The notes under the pieces: model-generated
What the model was told of the DNA's origin: nothing
Seen by the model: only the letters and a program-made list of their open reading frames with translations
Database searches by the model: none
In this document: one piece after another, positions 1-9,522 of the stretch
Numbering within the stretch: the first letter of the stretch is position 1
Layout: every line of letters begins with the position of its first letter
NCBI GenBank assembly: GCA_964576435.1
Contig: CAZNUP010000001.1
Span: forward strand, 98,345 to 162,344
Source: an uncultured Gammaproteobacteria bacterium
GTDB lineage: Bacteria; Patescibacteriota; Microgenomatia; JAMCZE01
Direction of reading: 5' to 3'
DNA length: 64,000 bases
Made by a program: the position numbers and the translations under genes

Positions 1-294
1 CAAAAAATTATATTTGAAAGTCCTGATCCAATTCTAAAAGCGGAAGCTTTGAAAAAGTTACAGTTTGTTGAAAGACAAAAACAAACACCATTAGATGCCA
101 GAAACGAATTAGTTTTTTGGCAATCACAAAATCAAAAGTATCCAGGAAGTAGAGACACATTACTAAAGATCGCTGTTTTAAATTGGAAACTTTATAGACT
201 TTTTGAAGCAAGCAAATTTTTAAATCTTGCAGCACAAATTGATCCAAATAATTCTTCTATTGAAAAGGTAAAAACAAACCTGGAGTTAAATTAA
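1..294 (+). CDS. 5'-truncated ORF (reading frame is open back to window position 1); C-terminal fragment of a hypothetical, possibly TPR-like helical repeat protein
   Basis: The frame of the listed ORF 49..294 is open back to position 1 with no stop. Its composition is alpha-helical repeat-like. The antisense ORF 8..247 looks like noise. Confidence 0.4.
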   Translation, partial: QKIIFESPDPILKAEALKKLQFVERQKQTPLDARNELVFWQSQNQKYPGSRDTLLKIAVLNWKLYRLFEASKFLNLAAQIDPNNSSIEKVKTNLELN

Positions 295-977
295 GTCTTT
301 GGTTCTGGAGCTTCTTCACCCTTTACTTCTCCGCCTTCTGCTGGAGCTTCTGTAGAACCTTCTGCACCTGCTTCTTCAGTCTTAGCTGCTTCTTCTGCTG
401 CCATCTCTTTAGCTGTATCTTCTGAAACTGCCGATCCAACGTTTACTACTGTTTCTTCTCCACTTGTCAAAACTTCAACACCCTTAGGCAGCTTAAGGTC
501 AGACACTTTAATTTGCTGTCCAACTTCCGTTAAACCATTAACGTCAGCCAAGACTTCTTCAGGAAGCTCAGTTGGCAATGCTTCAACTTCAATTTCATTA
601 AGTGTTTGAAGGAGAACTCCAACACCATCTTTAACTGCTGGTGACTCCCCTTCCAAGTGAACCGGAACGTTAGCTTTAATTTTGTCAGTGAGTTTAACAG
701 CATGAAGTTCAGCATGAAGTGGTTGTCTAGTTAGTGGGTGAATTTGAACGTTCGAAACAAGAACGTGTTGTGTTTTTCCGCCGTATTCAAGTTCAATAAG
801 TCCGGTCTCTCCAGCCTTGGCATAAATTGCCATGAATTCCTTAAGAGGAACTGACAATGATTCGGATTTAATTTCTTTACCAAACACTCCAACAGGCAAC
901 TTACCTTCTTTTCGAAGCTTTTTAACCTGCTTTCCGGTGATTTCTCGCTTTTCAGCTTTTAAATTAATCTTTTGCAT
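291..977 (-). CDS. rplY: 50S ribosomal protein L25 / general stress protein Ctc, with an acidic Ala/Glu-rich C-terminal tail
   Basis: The N-terminal 'KREITGKQVKKLRKEGKLPGVFG...' and overall layout are typical of the L25/Ctc family. The acidic low-complexity tail is common in Ctc-type L25. Confidence 0.85.
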   Translation of the reverse strand: MQKINLKAEKREITGKQVKKLRKEGKLPVGVFGKEIKSESLSVPLKEFMAIYAKAGETGLIELEYGGKTQHVLVSNVQIHPLTRQPLHAELHAVKLTDKIKANVPVHLEGESPAVKDGVGVLLQTLNEIEVEALPTELPEEVLADVNGLTEVGQQIKVSDLKLPKGVEVLTSGEETVVNVGSAVSEDTAKEMAAEEAAKTEEAGAEGSTEAPAEGGEVKGEEAPEPKT

Positions 978-3509
978 TTAGTTTTGTTTGAACTTAACCT
1001 CAAATGTCTTATCCGTATCCAGTACCGTATTATAAATGAGCTCTTGTGGATACACAATAGGGCTAGGTACAAACGGGCTTGTATCTATATTTGGCTTCAA
1101 AAAGGTAGGATATCCAATTATTACGTTAAGAGGATCAAATGTGCTCCCCGATTGTTTAAGAATTGTGAAACTATACTTGTCCTCACTCTTAGAAAAATCC
1201 AACTGGTTAGGCATTATATATTTGAAAACCACCGTCTTCTTGGTCTTTACAGGCACTTCCACAAGCATTCCGAAGCTTGTATAGCCACTTGAAGATGCAC
1301 TATCAGACCGAAGGACTTGTTCATTACTTTTATAAACTAAAAATTCTTTTGGAGCTACTTTACTAAGGACATCGGCAGTTAGAATTGATGACACACTCGC
1401 TTTCCTATCGTCTCCAATATCTAAACTAAGCATTTTTGCCTGGTGGGGCACAAGTAGTCTCAGATAATTTTTATATTTTCCTCCCGGCCAACTATCATTT
1501 GGACTTTGATTATCAAAAGTCAGAGAAACTGTATTAGTGACTCCCCCACCCTTGTCGATTGTACTATCAACTTTCATTTTCTTTTTAACAAAATAGTTAG
1601 CTTTATTTGCTCCAAAGTTGTCTTCGACCGCCATAAAACAGTTTTGTCCACTTGAGCAGTGGTCAGGAAAAATTGACCCAGCAAATTCACTGTCTTCCGC
1701 TGCGCTTTGAACTGCTGTTGAAGTGAAATACAACATTATGTCTTTTTCTTGAAGTGCATCAGAAAACCCTTTAGCCAGTCCATCATAGCTAAGATTCTGT
1801 TCACTAGTTATGCGCCCCAGAATTGCTTCCGCCACTTCTCCTAAAAAGTCTCTCTTTTGTGTAGATCCTGGAAAAAAGTTAATTTCAGAAGCGTATTCTG
1901 CTTTTTGGAAAAAGTTCTTCGCCGTTATTGACTCGTCCGAGGATTGAATCTTAACCTCCCCCATTGCTTCAATAATTTTTTCAACCGCCCCAATATTAAT
2001 TGCAATTACCCCATCAACTCTCTGATTGGTTTCTTTTTCTAAAAACCAAGCCAATCTCTTGGCTGATAACGGAAAATCAGGTGAAAAATTAGCATCCCTC
2101 ATAAACCAAGCTGGCTGGCCAAGATAATGTAGGATTTCATCAGGTGGCACAATTCTCCCTTTAAGTTGTCCGTCCACTGAGTAGATGTCATTAATTTTAA
2201 AATCAAGAAGCCTGCCGTTATCAACATGCACAATTGCATAAGACCCTATAAATCCCCCGCCTCCACGAAGCTCAGCGCTATTTTGAAAAACCAGAAGATA
2301 AGTTCTTTTCTTAGATTCAGTCAGTGTGCTATCAGATACCCCAAGAACTTGAGGAACAACTGGTGATAGTTCCCGACCCGCACGAGCTAAAAATCTCATT
2401 TTAGGAAGTTGCGCCAAATATTTACCAAGCCTTGTCCTATTAAATCCAAACCTTTCTGCAATGGGTGCAATATATTGGTAATCTTTAGCAATGATTGCTT
2501 CCATAAATCCTAAATTTTCTTCAATAACCCCGCTATCAACTGCCGCTGACTCAGAAAAAGTTTGTAAGTCAGGCGCTTGCCCATCGGGTGAAAAAAAAGC
2601 TCTCGATAAGTTAAGAAGTTGTCCTTGTAAGCCTGCTCCTCGGTAAGCAGTATCCGCTGTTAAAGCTAAACCTGAAAACCCTCCACAGATAGAATCCAAC
2701 TTGTCAAAAAAGGCTACACTCACACACACATCTTTCATAGTAGTAAACTGATCACGAGCAGATTCCGCTGACTTTCGGGCCTTCAAAAATTCCCCTCGGC
2801 TAATAGCAGTTTTCGCACTCCAGAGTTCCAAAGAAGCATTCAGTGTATAAATCCCAGCGAAAAACAAAGGAAGCGTCAAAATCACAACAAATATCAAAAG
2901 CCATGCTAAATCTCGTGCTCCCCTATTAATTGCTTTTTTCTTCTTATTTTCTTTTTTTGTAACTACCACCCCAGATTGTGTCTCTGTAAAAGTTGGCTTA
3001 AGTATTTCTTTTGAAAAATCCCCCACCACCAACCTCTCACCAGGTCGAAATGAAAGCGCCATTCGTACCACTTTTCCAGCTACCTCCTGTTGAAGATCCA
3101 AGGTTTCTATTTTCGATCTGACCTCAACCACACTAGGATTAACTCCAATTTCACTAAACAGTCGTTCTGTTTTCTGCAGGCTATCTAAAGACACCTGTTC
3201 AAAAACCACCACCAAATTACTTGTGTGTCTAATTGCTGTAGTAGCAAGCTTTTTTAAAAACACTTCCCCTTCATTCTCAATTTTTGCTTCGTCCAAAAAC
3301 AAAAACAGATATTTAGCCTCAAGAATAGAAGCCAACTCTTCAATAGATTTAGCCCATGACACTTTAATTCCCTGGTTGGCAATAAGTTCTGAAATTTGAA
3401 GCGCCAAAGCTCCCGTGCCTGAAAAAACTGCCGTTGCCATGCTCATATTTTCTTCTCTCTCAGTTCGCACCACCATCTTTTGGGGACTTTGATCCATAAT
3501 AATAAACAT
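978..3509 (-). CDS. Large membrane-anchored DUF4012-family envelope protein (843 aa) with one TM helix after a cytoplasmic N-terminal domain
   Basis: 'ELRGGGGFIGSYAIV' matches the DUF4012 signature (NELRPTGGFIGS-like). A single hydrophobic helix lies around aa 200-225. The protein is long and predicted extracytoplasmic. Confidence 0.6.
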   Translation of the reverse strand: MFIIMDQSPQKMVVRTEREENMSMATAVFSGTGALALQISELIANQGIKVSWAKSIEELASILEAKYLFLFLDEAKIENEGEVFLKKLATTAIRHTSNLVVVFEQVSLDSLQKTERLFSEIGVNPSVVEVRSKIETLDLQQEVAGKVVRMALSFRPGERLVVGDFSKEILKPTFTETQSGVVVTKKENKKKKAINRGARDLAWLLIFVVILTLPLFFAGIYTLNASLELWSAKTAISRGEFLKARKSAESARDQFTTMKDVCVSVAFFDKLDSICGGFSGLALTADTAYRGAGLQGQLLNLSRAFFSPDGQAPDLQTFSESAAVDSGVIEENLGFMEAIIAKDYQYIAPIAERFGFNRTRLGKYLAQLPKMRFLARAGRELSPVVPQVLGVSDSTLTESKKRTYLLVFQNSAELRGGGGFIGSYAIVHVDNGRLLDFKINDIYSVDGQLKGRIVPPDEILHYLGQPAWFMRDANFSPDFPLSAKRLAWFLEKETNQRVDGVIAINIGAVEKIIEAMGEVKIQSSDESITAKNFFQKAEYASEINFFPGSTQKRDFLGEVAEAILGRITSEQNLSYDGLAKGFSDALQEKDIMLYFTSTAVQSAAEDSEFAGSIFPDHCSSGQNCFMAVEDNFGANKANYFVKKKMKVDSTIDKGGGVTNTVSLTFDNQSPNDSWPGGKYKNYLRLLVPHQAKMLSLDIGDDRKASVSSILTADVLSKVAPKEFLVYKSNEQVLRSDSASSSGYTSFGMLVEVPVKTKKTVVFKYIMPNQLDFSKSEDKYSFTILKQSGSTFDPLNVIIGYPTFLKPNIDTSPFVPSPIVYPQELIYNTVLDTDKTFEVKFKQN

Positions 3510-3537
3510 TGTAGAAGTTAAGGAGTGAAAAACAATA

Positions 3538-3963
3538 CTACGCAGTTTGTGAAACTTGTTTGTCCAAAGTTTCGTTAACTATTTTGTCGGCTTCAAAATT
3601 CTTTTCCCTAGGTACATAAGCATATGTGATTTTATCAGAAATTTCTGCTTCTAGTGTCTTAATTATCAAATATTTCTCTTTAAGGCCAGAATCTTTAATT
3701 TTGAAAGTCCCATTTAACTGATTAACAACCAAATTTGAATCTAAAAGGAATTCTATTTCTAACTCTCCCCTACTAAAAGACTCTTTTGCCCATTCTAATG
3801 CTAGAATCACTCCCCCATATTCTGCCTGATTATTGGTTGTTTCACCCAAATATTTCCCGCGTTTTAAAAGCACAATCCCCGCGCTATCTTTAGCAACAAA
3901 AGCCGAAGCTGCTGGTCCTGGATTTCCTCTGGCTCCTCCATCAGTATTGATTGTTATTTTCAT
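3538..3963 (-). CDS. rnhA: Ribonuclease HI (RNase H type 1)
   Basis: 'INTDGGARGNPGPAA...NNQAEY' matches the RNase HI catalytic core (DGG-S/A-RGNPGP; the E of AEY is catalytic). Confidence 0.8.
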   Translation of the reverse strand: MKITINTDGGARGNPGPAASAFVAKDSAGIVLLKRGKYLGETTNNQAEYGGVILALEWAKESFSRGELEIEFLLDSNLVVNQLNGTFKIKDSGLKEKYLIIKTLEAEISDKITYAYVPREKNFEADKIVNETLDKQVSQTA

Positions 3964-5279
3964 GGTTTAAGTTTAAGATTTTTTAAGTATTCACCTCTTT
4001 TTTCAAAAAGTTCTTTGCCTGTCAAAAAAAGATCACGTGGTCCAAATCGAACATTCTCTGTTTTTCGTAAAATAATAACACTCAATATCATAATTGTACC
4101 CTCAGTTAGAAACGTATTAAATGCTGCGCCGTATAGTGAAAATCTTGGAATTAAAAGCAAATTGAGTGCCAAATTTGCTCCCAAAGCTAAGATTGCAATA
4201 ATAAATGAATACCACTGCTTGCCAAGAGCTATGATTGCATAACCATTAAGATGGTTAAAGTAGGAAACAACTATAGCTAGTGACAAAATTCTAAGAGCTA
4301 GCACTGACGGCTGAAATTCCGGTCCCCCAAGGATTAAAATCGCTAGGGGAGCAAAGATAAAATTTAAAATAGCTACGGTAACACCCATTCCTAAAAGCAC
4401 CACAAAACTTTTTACATATATTTGTCTAAATCGAGCCTGATCTTTATGAGCAAGATTTGAAAGTATAGGTAGGACCGAATTAGCAAAGTATGCTGCTCCT
4501 AAAACCAACACATCATACACTTTGTATGACGCTCCGTAAAATCCAACCGCTTCAGCCCCCTTCATATAACCAAGAATCACAATGTCCAGGCGGTTATAAA
4601 CTGTAAATAAAACTAGAAGTGATCCAACAGGTAGGGCAGCCTTAACTACCCTGGCCATAATTTCCTTATCAAACCCGAACTTCCATTTGACAAGTTTAAA
4701 CGCAAAAAACATCGCAAGAGCCAATGATGCTACCTGGCCAAGATTCATCGCCCATATAAACCCAGATATTCCTGAATCCTGTGTAATTAGGTACAAAACC
4801 AAGACAAGCCCTAATACATTCGCAGCTAGTTCCGAAATTGCCCAAAACTCCATTCTAAGTTTTGCATTAAAAACAATCTGGAAAGATGTCTTAAGAGAAA
4901 AAAGTACAATAAACACCGATCCAATGAGGATAAGACCCTCCATAGAAGGGGAGTGGGGGAGGACGCGAATAACAATGTTGGCAAGAATTGCCGCAAGGAA
5001 GGCCAAAACCAGTCTCAGCGTCAAAATATTTCCAGCAATTAGACCTTCCTTTTCAGGGTTTTTACTAACCTCATTGATTCCGACAAGATACAAACCCCAG
5101 TCAGCAATTGACCCAAACATCATCACAAATACAAGAACGAAGGTATAATCTCCATAACCCTTAGGACCAAGGTACCGAGTCAAAAAAATAGTAATTGCCA
5201 AACCAAGCCCAGTAGTAATGACTTTCCCCAGAAGTTGAATCCCAGTATTCCATGCAACTTTCCCTGAATGTGAACTCAT
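3960..5279 (-). CDS. Polysaccharide/oligosaccharide flippase, MOP superfamily (Wzx-like)
   Basis: About 12 predicted TM helices. The N-terminal 'NTGIQLLGKVITTGLGLAITIFLTRYLGPKGYGDY' is typical of Wzx/polysaccharide biosynthesis protein family. The 4-nt overlap with the upstream gene suggests an operon. Confidence 0.7.
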   Translation of the reverse strand: MSSHSGKVAWNTGIQLLGKVITTGLGLAITIFLTRYLGPKGYGDYTFVLVFVMMFGSIADWGLYLVGINEVSKNPEKEGLIAGNILTLRLVLAFLAAILANIVIRVLPHSPSMEGLILIGSVFIVLFSLKTSFQIVFNAKLRMEFWAISELAANVLGLVLVLYLITQDSGISGFIWAMNLGQVASLALAMFFAFKLVKWKFGFDKEIMARVVKAALPVGSLLVLFTVYNRLDIVILGYMKGAEAVGFYGASYKVYDVLVLGAAYFANSVLPILSNLAHKDQARFRQIYVKSFVVLLGMGVTVAILNFIFAPLAILILGGPEFQPSVLALRILSLAIVVSYFNHLNGYAIIALGKQWYSFIIAILALGANLALNLLLIPRFSLYGAAFNTFLTEGTIMILSVIILRKTENVRFGPRDLFLTGKELFEKRGEYLKNLKLKP

Positions 5280-6481
5280 TCCCTTATTCTAGCAAAAGCC
5301 AGCCCAAGAATTAGAGCGACAAGAAGTTGTCCCTGCTGTAAGGTGAAAAAGTAGTGGTCAACCATCCCTAAAAACAGAATAGATACCAAGCTGGCAACAA
5401 ACACCCATTCTTTGTGTCTCCATACTCGGTAAATTGCCAATCCGAAAACGGCCACTAATCCAATTAGTCCAAGCACTCCAGTTTCACCTAAACTCATAAG
5501 GTAAATGCTGTGCGTTGGCTGGTAACTAAGTGCGTAATTTTTAATTCTAATTTCCGGGTTTTTATATAACGGACTGGTTCCAAGTCCAGTTCCTAAAATA
5601 GGGGAGCGAACAAAGTTTTCCTCTGCAAGAACACTAAGTTGCCCTCGAACTTCAAGAGATTCAAGGCGACTTGGTAAACACATTGATAAAAGCCCAATAA
5701 TAATTGCCAAACAAACTAGAAATATCAATTTCTTCCCAGATTTTAAATACAAAACAATCGCTATTTGTGTAAGACCCACACTAATTGCTGCCCGGGACAT
5801 AGTTAAAAATAAGGTAGATAATCCAAACGCTAAAACCCCTGCGGTAATCTTGCGGAATTTATGCGGGAAATAATATAAAATTAAGGGTAGAGTAATCGCC
5901 AAAAAGCCTCCTAAAACGTTTGGATGAGAGAAAGTTCCATATGGCCTAAGAACTAGTTGTCCATCAAAACTAGTATTAGCAACTCCCGGAGTAATCGAAT
6001 TAAAAGATCTTTCGCCAAAAAGCCAAAACACTCCGCCAAGTGACCCAATTTTCCAAAATTGAAGAAATGAAAGAGCTGATTCAAAAAAAACTGGGATCAC
6101 TAAAAGTAGAGTAATCGTCCTAATTTTTATATTGCTTTGATAAATCCACCACACCAGAAACGCAAGTTCTAAGACTTTCAGCCATTTATAAATTGAAACA
6201 AAAGGGGATAGGGAAGTGGCTATATTTAATATAGCTACTAGGGCTATAACTCCAAAAATAATTAACCTTTTTCCAGAAAACCACTTAAAAAGTTTCTTAA
6301 ATGCGAGAAGGAAAAGAACAAAAACCAAAATATCAGTTAAGTATAAAGTAGGGGAGAAATAATCAACTCTAACTCCTGAAATAAATGCAAAGTCTGGCCA
6401 AAAATGCCGTCCCAACTGGCTAGGTAACAAAATTATCAGTAAATAAAATGTGTATGTTTGTAATTTTTTCAAGCTCGACAC
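5276..6481 (-). CDS. O-antigen ligase-like / Wzy_C-type polytopic membrane protein
   Basis: Polytopic membrane protein with a periplasmic loop region. It shares an operon with the flippase. The assignment rests on topology and context only. Confidence 0.5.
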   Translation of the reverse strand: MSSLKKLQTYTFYLLIILLPSQLGRHFWPDFAFISGVRVDYFSPTLYLTDILVFVLFLLAFKKLFKWFSGKRLIIFGVIALVAILNIATSLSPFVSIYKWLKVLELAFLVWWIYQSNIKIRTITLLLVIPVFFESALSFLQFWKIGSLGGVFWLFGERSFNSITPGVANTSFDGQLVLRPYGTFSHPNVLGGFLAITLPLILYYFPHKFRKITAGVLAFGLSTLFLTMSRAAISVGLTQIAIVLYLKSGKKLIFLVCLAIIIGLLSMCLPSRLESLEVRGQLSVLAEENFVRSPILGTGLGTSPLYKNPEIRIKNYALSYQPTHSIYLMSLGETGVLGLIGLVAVFGLAIYRVWRHKEWVFVASLVSILFLGMVDHYFFTLQQGQLLVALILGLAFARIRE

Positions 6482-6565
6482 AAACTCATACTACAATAGC
6501 GTCTACCAGAAACCAACAACAAAATAAATATAGACAAATTTAATTTGATAGTTTAAAAATGGGTT

Positions 6566-7150
6566 GTGATTAAAACTCAAACAGAAGAACTCCTAGATCT
6601 GGTAGCAGGTTTAAACCATCTTCCAATATCAAAACAGTTTCTCGAAAGACTATCAAAAGGAAACCCCACCCGTGACGAAAACCCAGAAAGTCATTTTTGT
6701 GTCTATTTTGTTGCTTTCGACCCAAAAGAGGAAAAAATATTTACAGGTTTGCACAAAAAATCTAATTTATGGCTTGTCAACGGCGGCCATTTAGACAAAG
6801 AGCCAGTTAAAAACGCAGCACCAAGAGAAATGGGTGAAGAATGGGGTTACAATCTTCCAGATGGATATGAATTAATTCCTCAATTTTTAACCATAGCAAA
6901 TATTACAGACAGGCCCCAGATTAAATGTCGCACTCATTATGATTTCTGGACTTTCGTTCCTGTTAATATGCATGAATTTAGTCCAGATCAAGAAAAATTG
7001 GCATCCGAATACCATAAAACAGCCTGGTTATCATTCGAAGAAGCAAAAAAAGTAACAACAGACCCAAGCAACTTGTTGGGCTTTGACTTTATCAAAAAGT
7101 ATTTACTACCCACAAAGCCCAAACCTCTCAAGCTTCTGCACATCTCTTGA
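6566..7150 (+). CDS. NUDIX hydrolase
   Basis: Nudix box 'GGHLDKEPVKNAAPREMGEEWGY' fits GX5EX7REUXEEXGU. Confidence 0.75.
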   Translation: MIKTQTEELLDLVAGLNHLPISKQFLERLSKGNPTRDENPESHFCVYFVAFDPKEEKIFTGLHKKSNLWLVNGGHLDKEPVKNAAPREMGEEWGYNLPDGYELIPQFLTIANITDRPQIKCRTHYDFWTFVPVNMHEFSPDQEKLASEYHKTAWLSFEEAKKVTTDPSNLLGFDFIKKYLLPTKPKPLKLLHIS

Positions 7151-7196
7151 AATAAATATAATCACATAATATAATCTATTTATACTTTAAGTTATA

Positions 7197-7955
7197 ATGA
7201 GTGACAATTTATTAACCATTAAAGAATCCGCCGAGCTTTTAAATATTCACTGGCAGACAGTGAGAAACCTTATAAAAAACGGTTCTCTGCCAGCCACCAA
7301 AATAGGGAAGAATGTTAGGGTAAAAAGAAGTGATATAGATAAACTGGTAAACAAAACCACCCAAAAAGACAAAATTGAGGTAGAAATCCGTTTTCTAACG
7401 AAAAATAGACAACAAGTTGAAAACAAATTAATTTCGATTGGTGCCAAAGTAACATACCATAGCCACATAATTGACCACTGGTTCGTCCCATATTACATAA
7501 AAAGTCTTTCTGAAAATGACGAATGGTTTGAATCCGCCAAAGGTTATGGTGTAAGGATCAGGGAACAAGACAATAACTATCAAGGAAAGGTCTCAACAAC
7601 TTTGGAGGTAAAACGCCTAACGTCAGCTAAAAACCACAATACCTGCATAGAGCACGAGCTTGACGTTCAAAATTACACTGAAGCCAGTAATCTCCTAAGA
7701 TTAATGGAATATAAAGAATTTATTACTATTGATAAAGATAGGGTAGTCTACACCTATAAAAACCTAAAAATTGCAGTGGATGAAATCAAAAACTTTGCTA
7801 CAGGTATTGAAATTGAAGCTAGTGGCGACCTAACAAGAGAAGAAGCACTAGCTGAAATTAGGATCTTTGCAGAAGTGTTAGGCTTAAAAAAATCAGAAGA
7901 GCTCGAAAAAACTGTCACCCATCTAGCCATGCAAAAGCTAGCTAAGTATTCTTGA
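7197..7955 (+). CDS. Fusion protein: N-terminal excisionase/MerR-type HTH (HTH_17-like) plus C-terminal CYTH (CyaB/thiamine-triphosphatase-like triphosphate tunnel) domain
   Basis: 'LLTIKESAELLNIHWQTVRNLIKNGSLPATKIGKNVRVKRSDIDKL' is a textbook excisionase-type HTH. It is followed by the CYTH N-terminal ExExK-like motif 'KIEVEIRF' and the C-terminal 'GIEIEASGD' acidic motif. Confidence 0.6.
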   Translation: MSDNLLTIKESAELLNIHWQTVRNLIKNGSLPATKIGKNVRVKRSDIDKLVNKTTQKDKIEVEIRFLTKNRQQVENKLISIGAKVTYHSHIIDHWFVPYYIKSLSENDEWFESAKGYGVRIREQDNNYQGKVSTTLEVKRLTSAKNHNTCIEHELDVQNYTEASNLLRLMEYKEFITIDKDRVVYTYKNLKIAVDEIKNFATGIEIEASGDLTREEALAEIRIFAEVLGLKKSEELEKTVTHLAMQKLAKYS

Positions 7956-7971
7956 TAGGTGAACAACAATA

Positions 7972-8247
7972 TCAAGGACGGGGAGTAATATTCTCTCTAG
8001 GAACTAGAAATCTATTTGAGTCAAAAAAACCATATCCGCCGCCAAAATTCGGAGTTTGAACTAAAGCATACGAACCTCTAAGTGCGATAACGTCAACCTG
8101 TAAACCATTGGGGCCTAGGCTGGACTGATCAAAAAAACCCAAATGATATTTCCCTTTTGCATCTCTTACAGAAACACTTCTTTCTGACGAAAACATTCCA
8201 GCAGAAACTTTACATTCAAGAAAGTAGTGTATTTCCTGAGAAGACAT
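7972..8247 (-). CDS. Hypothetical small protein (may not be a real gene)
   Basis: ORF only. It fills the gap between the CYTH gene and jag. No motif recognised. Confidence 0.2.
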   Translation of the reverse strand: MSSQEIHYFLECKVSAGMFSSERSVSVRDAKGKYHLGFFDQSSLGPNGLQVDVIALRGSYALVQTPNFGGGYGFFDSNRFLVPRENITPRP

Positions 8248-8258
8248 AAAACTTACTA

Positions 8259-8756
8259 TTAAGAAGCTTTAAGTTTAATAATGAGGCGACGCATATTGCC
8301 TTCACCTTCAGATTCAGTTACTACATCAGGGTGATCTTGAAGAGCCATGTGAATTATTCTTCTTTCAATTGGAGGTAAAGAGGGAAGTGCAATTGGTTGT
8401 CCTGTTTGAACTACTTGGTCAGCATAAGAAAGTGCCATTTGGGAAAGTTGTTCTTCTCTTTTAGCTCTATAGTCTCCAACCTCAACCACAATTCTCACCC
8501 ATTCGCCAACCTTCTTAGTCACAATTTGCCCAAGAATTAATTGGAATGCTGAAAGTGTTTCCCCGTGATATCCAATTAAAAGCCCTGATTCTTCAGTTTC
8601 GACATTTACTAAAAACACTTCTTCAGGTGAAGGTGTCACTAAAACTGCCGCAGGGATATCCATATTGGATAGTAGTTCCTCAGCACTGGCTTTGATTATT
8701 TCTTCTTTTGAATTGTTTTCTGTTTTTTTCTTAGGCATTTTTTTGTTCTTTCCCAA
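8259..8756 (-). CDS. jag: Jag/KhpB-like RNA-binding protein (KH + R3H domains)
   Basis: C-terminal R3H motif 'IERRIIHMALQDHPDVVTESEGEGNMRRL'. Conserved position downstream of yidC. Confidence 0.75.
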   Translation of the reverse strand: MGKNKKMPKKKTENNSKEEIIKASAEELLSNMDIPAAVLVTPSPEEVFLVNVETEESGLLIGYHGETLSAFQLILGQIVTKKVGEWVRIVVEVGDYRAKREEQLSQMALSYADQVVQTGQPIALPSLPPIERRIIHMALQDHPDVVTESEGEGNMRRLIIKLKAS

Positions 8757-9507
8757 TTAACTTACGTAATTTTACCACGTCCTGTCCCAATGAGCCAAGT
8801 CCCGTAATTCTATATTGTTGAGCGATTGCAATTGAGCTTGAAACTGTCCAATAAATAGCTAAACCTGCAGGCCATTTAGTACCTAAAAACAAGAAAATAA
8901 GAGGAAACATCCACACCATTGAACTCTGAGCATCAGCAAATTCACTCATAAAGTCACCCTTTTTCTCAGGTTCCCCTTTTTTAACGACTGCTTTAGCAGG
9001 TTTCGGAGCTTTTGCAGGCATCATCATTTTGGTTTGGATGTACTGAGTAATGGCTGCCGCAATAACTAAAAGACCAGGGATCGCAAATGGAGCTCCTGCA
9101 ATATGATATGCATTTGGCAAGGCAACATCCCACCACAAAAACTGTGTGTTAATGTTTTTCATTACTAAAATGTGATTCATTGCTCCCAAAAGTCCAAAAA
9201 GAACCACAATTTGAACTACAGCTGGTAAACATCCTCCCGCAGGATTAACTCCATGTTCCTTAAATAGTGCCATTTGAGCGCTAGCAAAAGCCTGTTGATC
9301 ACCTTTGTGTTTTTCTTTAAGAGCAGAAATGTGAGGCTGCAGGTCACTCATTTTCTTAGTGTAGTGTGCTTGTTGCTTAGCCAGTGGATAGAAGATAATC
9401 CTTGAAATTACGGCAATTTCAATAATGGCAACACCAAGGTTTTGAAAGGCTATCGTATTATAGACAAACAAAATTATCTGAAGAAAAATGTCTGAAAATA
9501 TTTGCAT
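8731..9507 (-). CDS. yidC: Membrane protein insertase YidC/Oxa1 family (short form)
   Basis: 'GGCLPAVVQIVVLFGL' and TM layout typical of YidC. Position in the rpmH-rnpA-yidD-yidC-jag operon. Confidence 0.85.
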   Translation of the reverse strand: MQIFSDIFLQIILFVYNTIAFQNLGVAIIEIAVISRIIFYPLAKQQAHYTKKMSDLQPHISALKEKHKGDQQAFASAQMALFKEHGVNPAGGCLPAVVQIVVLFGLLGAMNHILVMKNINTQFLWWDVALPNAYHIAGAPFAIPGLLVIAAAITQYIQTKMMMPAKAPKPAKAVVKKGEPEKKGDFMSEFADAQSSMVWMFPLIFLFLGTKWPAGLAIYWTVSSSIAIAQQYRITGLGSLGQDVVKLRKLIGKEQKNA

Positions 9508-9522
9508 AGTTTATTTTGGAAA

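Noticed and set aside
8-247. 79-aa minus-strand ORF at the left edge
   Set aside because: It is antisense to a longer open frame that continues beyond position 1, and its composition is not protein-like. I treated the plus-strand partial ORF as the real gene.
530-5148. Short ORFs embedded in or antisense to longer genes (530-715, 972-1292, 1036-1284, 4015-4242, 4687-5148, and others listed in the track such as 11999-12280, 14908-15600, 17015-17560, 19454-19858, 21882-22178, 32086-32340, 32640-33006, 39282-39533, 44264-44533, 51495-52223, 61044-61539)
   Set aside because: Each lies entirely within a longer ORF that has clear motif support or a better coding composition. Several sit over low-complexity or repetitive coding DNA (PT-rich, E/K-rich), which generates spurious antisense frames.
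7972-8247. 91-aa ORF between the CYTH gene and jag as a confident gene
   Set aside because: No motif and odd composition. It is retained only as a low-confidence feature because it fills an otherwise empty 300-bp gap.
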